This document shows positions 37,342 through 41,504 of a DNA stretch of 41,504 nucleotides, one piece after another (position 1 is the first letter of the stretch; every line of letters starts with the position of its first letter). Where the stretch lies: positions 1 through 41,504 of IMG/VR virus record IMGVR_UViG_3300033485_000040; one strand, given 5' to 3'. A program made the position numbers and the translations under genes. The stretch comes from a virus. Its lineage: Duplodnaviria > Caudoviricetes. Below the pieces are notes generated by a model that saw only the letters and a program-made list of their open reading frames with translations, had not been told where the DNA came from and made no database searches.

Positions 37342-37418
37342 AATGGGTTTTGCTCACTCTCTTTTTCCTCAATCTCTTTTTCCTCTTAATGGTGGTTTAT
37401 GGACAACCAGGCTTTTGA
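37338..37418 (+). CDS. 26-aa hydrophobic peptide MKWVLLTLFFLNLFFLLMVVYGQPGF
   Basis: ATGA overlap with the fibre stop. Confidence 0.35.
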   Translation: MKWVLLTLFFLNLFFLLMVVYGQPGF

Positions 37419-37614
37419 ATTGTTGCTTGCCCGTTTTGACTCCGTAGACCGGCAATTAGAAGCGGGCACCGAAAGAATGGACAAAATGCAGGAACGTCTT
37501 GACGAATTGTGGGGGATTAGGCGCGTGGTTTTGTTTGTTGTAACCGTAGCGGGCACCATAGGCGGCGCGTTGTTTTCGTTTTTCCTGAATTTGTTTGCGC
37601 GCGGCTCGCCCTAG
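37399..37614 (+). CDS. Holin-like/XhlA-like single-TM protein
   Basis: Coiled coil followed by a C-terminal TM segment; start of the lysis cluster. Confidence 0.6.
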   Translation: MDNQAFELLLARFDSVDRQLEAGTERMDKMQERLDELWGIRRVVLFVVTVAGTIGGALFSFFLNLFARGSP

Positions 37615-37662
37615 TGATTAGACTTTTTGTGGCAATAACGCCTTACTAAAGGAAAAGAGAAA

Positions 37663-37890
37663 ATGGAAAAACCTTTTGATTTGAAAGCCCTTGTTGAAAA
37701 AATGAAAGGCCACGGCCTAGAACTGGGCGAAGACGCCGCAAAGCTTGTGGTTGAATCGACCCTTGATTGGGTGGCCGAAAGTGTTGTGTTAACACCAAAC
37801 AAAGCCGATGACTTCGCACTTGTAATCATTCCCGCCGTTAAACCCTTTGTCATGGCTCAACTTGACAAAATTGATGGCAAGGAAGGGTAA
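37663..37890 (+). CDS. Small lysis-cluster protein
   Basis: AAGGA RBS; TPNKADD motif seen in holin-adjacent proteins. Confidence 0.6.
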   Translation: MEKPFDLKALVEKMKGHGLELGEDAAKLVVESTLDWVAESVVLTPNKADDFALVIIPAVKPFVMAQLDKIDGKEG

Positions 37891-37893
37891 AAC

Positions 37894-38178
37894 ATGGCGG
37901 CCCGGCTAATTGCTTTTTTAGGTGGCATTTTTGTTGGGCCGCTCAAATCTTTAGGCGCTTGGCTTGTTTCGGTTTTGGTCGAAATTGGTTTCAAAAAAAT
38001 AATGGAACTAATTGAAGACTGGAAACAAGCCAGAGCCGACCAAAAAGTTATAGCCGAAGAGAAAAAGAAAATGGCGGCAAGTGTGGAAGAGTATCGGGCC
38101 GTTTTGAAAGCGTCCCGGGAGGAAAGGCGGAAACGTGCGCTTGGTGTTCTTAATAGCCCTAACAACCCTCAACCTTAG
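37894..38178 (+). CDS. Putative inner-membrane spanin (Rz-like)
   Basis: Hydrophobic N-terminus plus coiled coil; overlapped by a lipoprotein ORF. Confidence 0.6.
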   Translation: MAARLIAFLGGIFVGPLKSLGAWLVSVLVEIGFKKIMELIEDWKQARADQKVIAEEKKKMAASVEEYRAVLKASREERRKRALGVLNSPNNPQP

Positions 38179-38410
38179 TTGTGTCGGATTTCCAGAACTA
38201 CCCGACCTGCACCCGTTTGATGTCGATATTGAACACGGCGTTTGTGGGGAATTTCGCGTGGTGGACAAAGAAAAATTGACGTTTGAATGGGTGGCCGACC
38301 ATGATCTAAGCAAATGCAACGGATTTTTCGCCCTAAGCCCCGAAGACATGAATGCGTTAAAATCTTACTTGAAGGAAGCGCGTCGGACATGGGAAAAGAA
38401 GTGCAAATAA
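38135..38410 (+). CDS. Putative outer-membrane lipoprotein spanin (Rz1-like)
   Basis: Signal peptide with LSC lipobox, Pro-rich start, overlaps the upstream gene. Confidence 0.65.
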   Translation: MRLVFLIALTTLNLSCVGFPELPDLHPFDVDIEHGVCGEFRVVDKEKLTFEWVADHDLSKCNGFFALSPEDMNALKSYLKEARRTWEKKCK

Positions 38411-38838
38411 TCTTACCAGATTGGGTTGCGATTGCCATGCGAGACGTTGGCATCACTGAAATTAAAGGTGCCGCGCACAGCGAGCGCATTTTAAAAATGC
38501 ATTCTTACACTTCCTATCAAGCTCACGACGACGAAACCGCGTGGTGTGCCGCTGCGGTTTGCGCGTGGCTTGAAGAAAGCGGCATAAAGTCCCCCAAATC
38601 GGCCAGAGCTTTAGATTTTTTGAAATGGGGGACGGCTACCAACCCACCGAGTTTGGGTTGCATTTTGGTTTTAAAGCGCACCATAAACGTTGCAGGTGCC
38701 CCGCTTGCGGGCCACGTTGGCCTGTATGTTGGTGAAGAGAGCGGTTTCTACTGGGTTTTAGGCGGCAATCAGCGAGACATGGTAACTTATTCGCGTTTTC
38801 CAAAAGACCTTTTAATTTCCGCGCGTGTGCCGCTGTGA
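38389..38838 (+). CDS. TIGR02594-family NlpC/P60-like peptidoglycan hydrolase (probable endolysin)
   Basis: DETAWCAAAV, GHVG, VLGGNQ. Confidence 0.85.
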   Translation: MGKEVQIILPDWVAIAMRDVGITEIKGAAHSERILKMHSYTSYQAHDDETAWCAAAVCAWLEESGIKSPKSARALDFLKWGTATNPPSLGCILVLKRTINVAGAPLAGHVGLYVGEESGFYWVLGGNQRDMVTYSRFPKDLLISARVPL

Positions 38839-38845
38839 GGACTGC

Positions 38846-41302
38846 ATGGCCACCCTAACCACTGAGGCAAAAAACGCCGCCAAAGAAATCAATGTCAAAC
38901 CTAACGTTGTGCTGAAAATTGACGGCTACTCAAAACGATTTTCAAACGTCGCAATACAGAGGTACATTCGAATTGGTGACCCCGGACTTGTTATTGGCCC
39001 GGACTGGAAAATTGGCGGGTACACACTTTTAGAAGATCAGCACAATTGGCTTTTATTCAACCAAGGATCGACAACTAAAATTTCCCAAACCGTTCAACCC
39101 GACCGGGGCCAGGCAAGCGGTGTTGCCCGCATGGTTGTGGTCTTAATGGACAAGGATGAGGAAATCTCAAAACTCATTTCACCCGGGCAAGAATTGGCCG
39201 ACATTTTGGCGCGTGGGTGTGAAATCGAATTGGGTTTCGAAAGCGTTGTCTACCCCGATAGCTATGTGACAATCATTCGGGGAATTTTTGAAACGGTTGA
39301 AAGTGGCGCGGGCTATGTGATCTTCGCCATAAACCAAGTTGAAGACCAAAAAAATCGCCCCTTTGCGCAGGAAAAAACTGCCAAGCTTGGGGCCAATATA
39401 ACCGACATTTCAAGTGCCGATATTCCGGTTGATGACACTTCTATTTTCCCCGTTCCAACAGCCGACACAACGCTTAGCTTTGCCGCCCGTATTGGTGATG
39501 AACTAATCCTTTACACTGGCAAAACCGCAACTCACCTAACGGGCATTACACGCGCTTATTTTGGGACCACGGCGTCAGCGCATTCGCTTGATGACGACGT
39601 AACGCCCTATTACCGCATTCAAGGTCTTGCAATTGAAATTGCCCTAAAAATGATGCTGTCCGGCTGGCAAGGACCCTACGCAACCGGCGTTGCAATAAAA
39701 AACTTCCGTCAGATTGACCCCGCCACCAATTTTGAAAATGCTATTTTCTTTGATGGCGTTGACCTGTTAAGAGATTGGGGCGTTTGCCCTGGTACACTAA
39801 TGACGGTGACCGGCGCCACAAATGGCGCAAACAACTTTTCAAGTCTAGCGGTTTCAGAGGTTGTCAAAACTCTAGAGGGGTCATACCTAACAATAGAGGG
39901 GCAAACCTTCGTAACCGAATTGGGAACCGGCGCCGTAGCGGCCTTTCGCTCTGAATATGATACTTGGGGAGCGTTTGGACTTGCGCTTTCCCAGCGCGAC
40001 GTGGACATAGAAACCCACAAGCTTTATTTAGAGCGTTATCTTGGCGGGTATGATTTAGATTTCATGGAAAAGGCAATTCCAAACGTAAAAACATTTCTAG
40101 ATCAACAAATTTATTTACCCGCCCCGGCGTTTTCAATCCCAAAATTCGGGAAGGCATCAATGGCCTTTTTTGCGCCGCCACTTCCTACCGATGACGTGCC
40201 TATTTTAGACAAACCAAACGTACAAGACCCCGACAAAATCAAGATTGCACGTTCCCTTTCAAATAACTTTGCCAACGCCGTGGAATTTCGTTTTGACCAT
40301 GACCCAATCAAGGGCGAGTTTAAGAGTTTTTACACGCAGGAATCGGCGCAATCTTTGGCTCAGATAAAAACAAAACCAAAACCCATGGTCATTGAAAGCC
40401 GGGGAATGCGAGAAAGCTTGGCGGGGAGTACAATTGCGGCAGCGGCTTCAAATCGAATACTCTCCCGCTACCAATTTGGTGCCGAATATCTTAAGGGCGT
40501 TTCTTTGCTCTATGGCGTTGGCTACCCATTAGAAATGGGCCAAGTTGTTGAATGGGACACCAACGGGCTAAATGTAACCAACTTTGGAACTGGAAATCGC
40601 GACGGAAAAAAAGTATTGGTGGAAGTGCTCAACAAGTCACTTGACATCGCAAACGCAGAAATTACGGTGGACCTAATCAATACCGTTTTTGGAATTGGAA
40701 CACGCTTTGCCACATGGGGGCCGTCTTCACAAACAAAAGCGGGTTCAACGTCTTCAATTTTGAAATTGAAAAGATCCTTTGGAACCAAGACCTACCAAAC
40801 CGAAGGGCGCAAGTGGGTTGATTTTGTGGGTCTAAAAATCTTGGTCCATAATGAAGATTTCACAACAAGTGGCGAGGCCACCATTGCGAGCGTTTACAAC
40901 GCGGAAAATTCATCCATCACGCTCACCGCCCCTTTAGGTTTCACGCCGGGCGAAGACTACATAATTGATTTAGCCAATTTTCCAAACAACACCGACCCAC
41001 TAGATCAGGAGCGCGCGAAACAACGCCATATTTTTTGGTCACCCAACCCGCTTGTTGCAACCGGAATTTCGCAAACACAATTTACCGTGGCGGCCCCCGA
41101 CGTGGCAAATTTCAAGGTGGGGTTCCCCCTCATTGTCCACAATGAAGACTATTCAATTTCAAACTCAACGGAAGTAAAAATTTTAGACATAACCGGGACC
41201 ACAATCACAACCGACGCGGCATTGGGATTCACGCCGTCAACTGGAATGATTTGCGACTTGTTGGGGTTCCCCGATAGCTCTGAGTGCTATCGGTTCACAT
41301 AG
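38846..41302 (+). CDS. Large tail/baseplate protein
   Basis: GAGGA RBS; RIGDELI.Y....LTGITRAYFGTTASAH motif; about 818 aa, beta-rich. Confidence 0.75.
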   Translation: MATLTTEAKNAAKEINVKPNVVLKIDGYSKRFSNVAIQRYIRIGDPGLVIGPDWKIGGYTLLEDQHNWLLFNQGSTTKISQTVQPDRGQASGVARMVVVLMDKDEEISKLISPGQELADILARGCEIELGFESVVYPDSYVTIIRGIFETVESGAGYVIFAINQVEDQKNRPFAQEKTAKLGANITDISSADIPVDDTSIFPVPTADTTLSFAARIGDELILYTGKTATHLTGITRAYFGTTASAHSLDDDVTPYYRIQGLAIEIALKMMLSGWQGPYATGVAIKNFRQIDPATNFENAIFFDGVDLLRDWGVCPGTLMTVTGATNGANNFSSLAVSEVVKTLEGSYLTIEGQTFVTELGTGAVAAFRSEYDTWGAFGLALSQRDVDIETHKLYLERYLGGYDLDFMEKAIPNVKTFLDQQIYLPAPAFSIPKFGKASMAFFAPPLPTDDVPILDKPNVQDPDKIKIARSLSNNFANAVEFRFDHDPIKGEFKSFYTQESAQSLAQIKTKPKPMVIESRGMRESLAGSTIAAAASNRILSRYQFGAEYLKGVSLLYGVGYPLEMGQVVEWDTNGLNVTNFGTGNRDGKKVLVEVLNKSLDIANAEITVDLINTVFGIGTRFATWGPSSQTKAGSTSSILKLKRSFGTKTYQTEGRKWVDFVGLKILVHNEDFTTSGEATIASVYNAENSSITLTAPLGFTPGEDYIIDLANFPNNTDPLDQERAKQRHIFWSPNPLVATGISQTQFTVAAPDVANFKVGFPLIVHNEDYSISNSTEVKILDITGTTITTDAALGFTPSTGMICDLLGFPDSSECYRFT

Positions 41303-41311
41303 GGGGAAGCA

Positions 41312-41504
41312 ATGACCTGGATAAGCGACTCAAAAAAACTAATCACAACGGAAGCCACCAAATATTTGGCCGCAGGAAGTGAATCAATCATGCAGCGGAT
41401 TGGGGGCTCAGTCAATTGGCTCATAAACAACCGCGATTTTGCTGTTTACGATTTCACGGCAAACGGAAATTTCACCGTTCCCGCTGGCATCAATTCTGTT
41501 TTCG
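41312..41504 (+). CDS. 5' part of the glycine-rich tail protein (continues at 128-924)
   Basis: GGGGGA RBS; MTWISDSKKLITTEATKYLAAGSESIMQRIGG is in frame with ORF 13..924. Confidence 0.8.
   Translation, partial: MTWISDSKKLITTEATKYLAAGSESIMQRIGGSVNWLINNRDFAVYDFTANGNFTVPAGINSVF
41378..41504. repeat. Terminal direct repeat, copy 2
   Basis: Identical to 1-127. Confidence 0.95.

Overview
The window is an apparently complete, circularly assembled tailed-phage genome (Caudoviricetes, siphovirus-like). Bases 1-127 are identical to 41378-41504, giving a unit length of 41,377 bp. Two divergent arms start at about 12.85 kb. The minus-strand arm (12815 to ~1066) carries an SNF2-type helicase, a DUF2800 Cas4-like nuclease, a DUF2815 ssDNA-binding protein, a family A DNA polymerase and many small early or accessory ORFs. 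The plus-strand arm (12926 through the join to 924) carries a Cro-like HTH, a primase-polymerase/VirE helicase, a G-rich iteron-like origin candidate, an HNH nuclease, an SPFH protein, a metallophosphoesterase, TerS/TerL and a portal fused to a Mu gpF-like domain. It continues with a fibre/lectin cluster, HK97-type protease and capsid, neck and tail genes with a -1 frameshifted chaperone, a tape measure and a tail fibre. It ends with a holin/spanin/TIGR02594 lysis cassette (implying a diderm host) and two more tail genes. I found no integrase, tRNA, CRISPR array or reverse transcriptase, and no single unmistakably new system. The best leads are a long structured RNA between ssb and the polymerase operon, a hidden very basic overlapping ORF, T7-like acidic D-F tails shared by replication proteins, the iteron origin, a dual-start SPFH gene and the adhesin cluster inside the head module. 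All product calls come from motif recognition by eye, not database searches.
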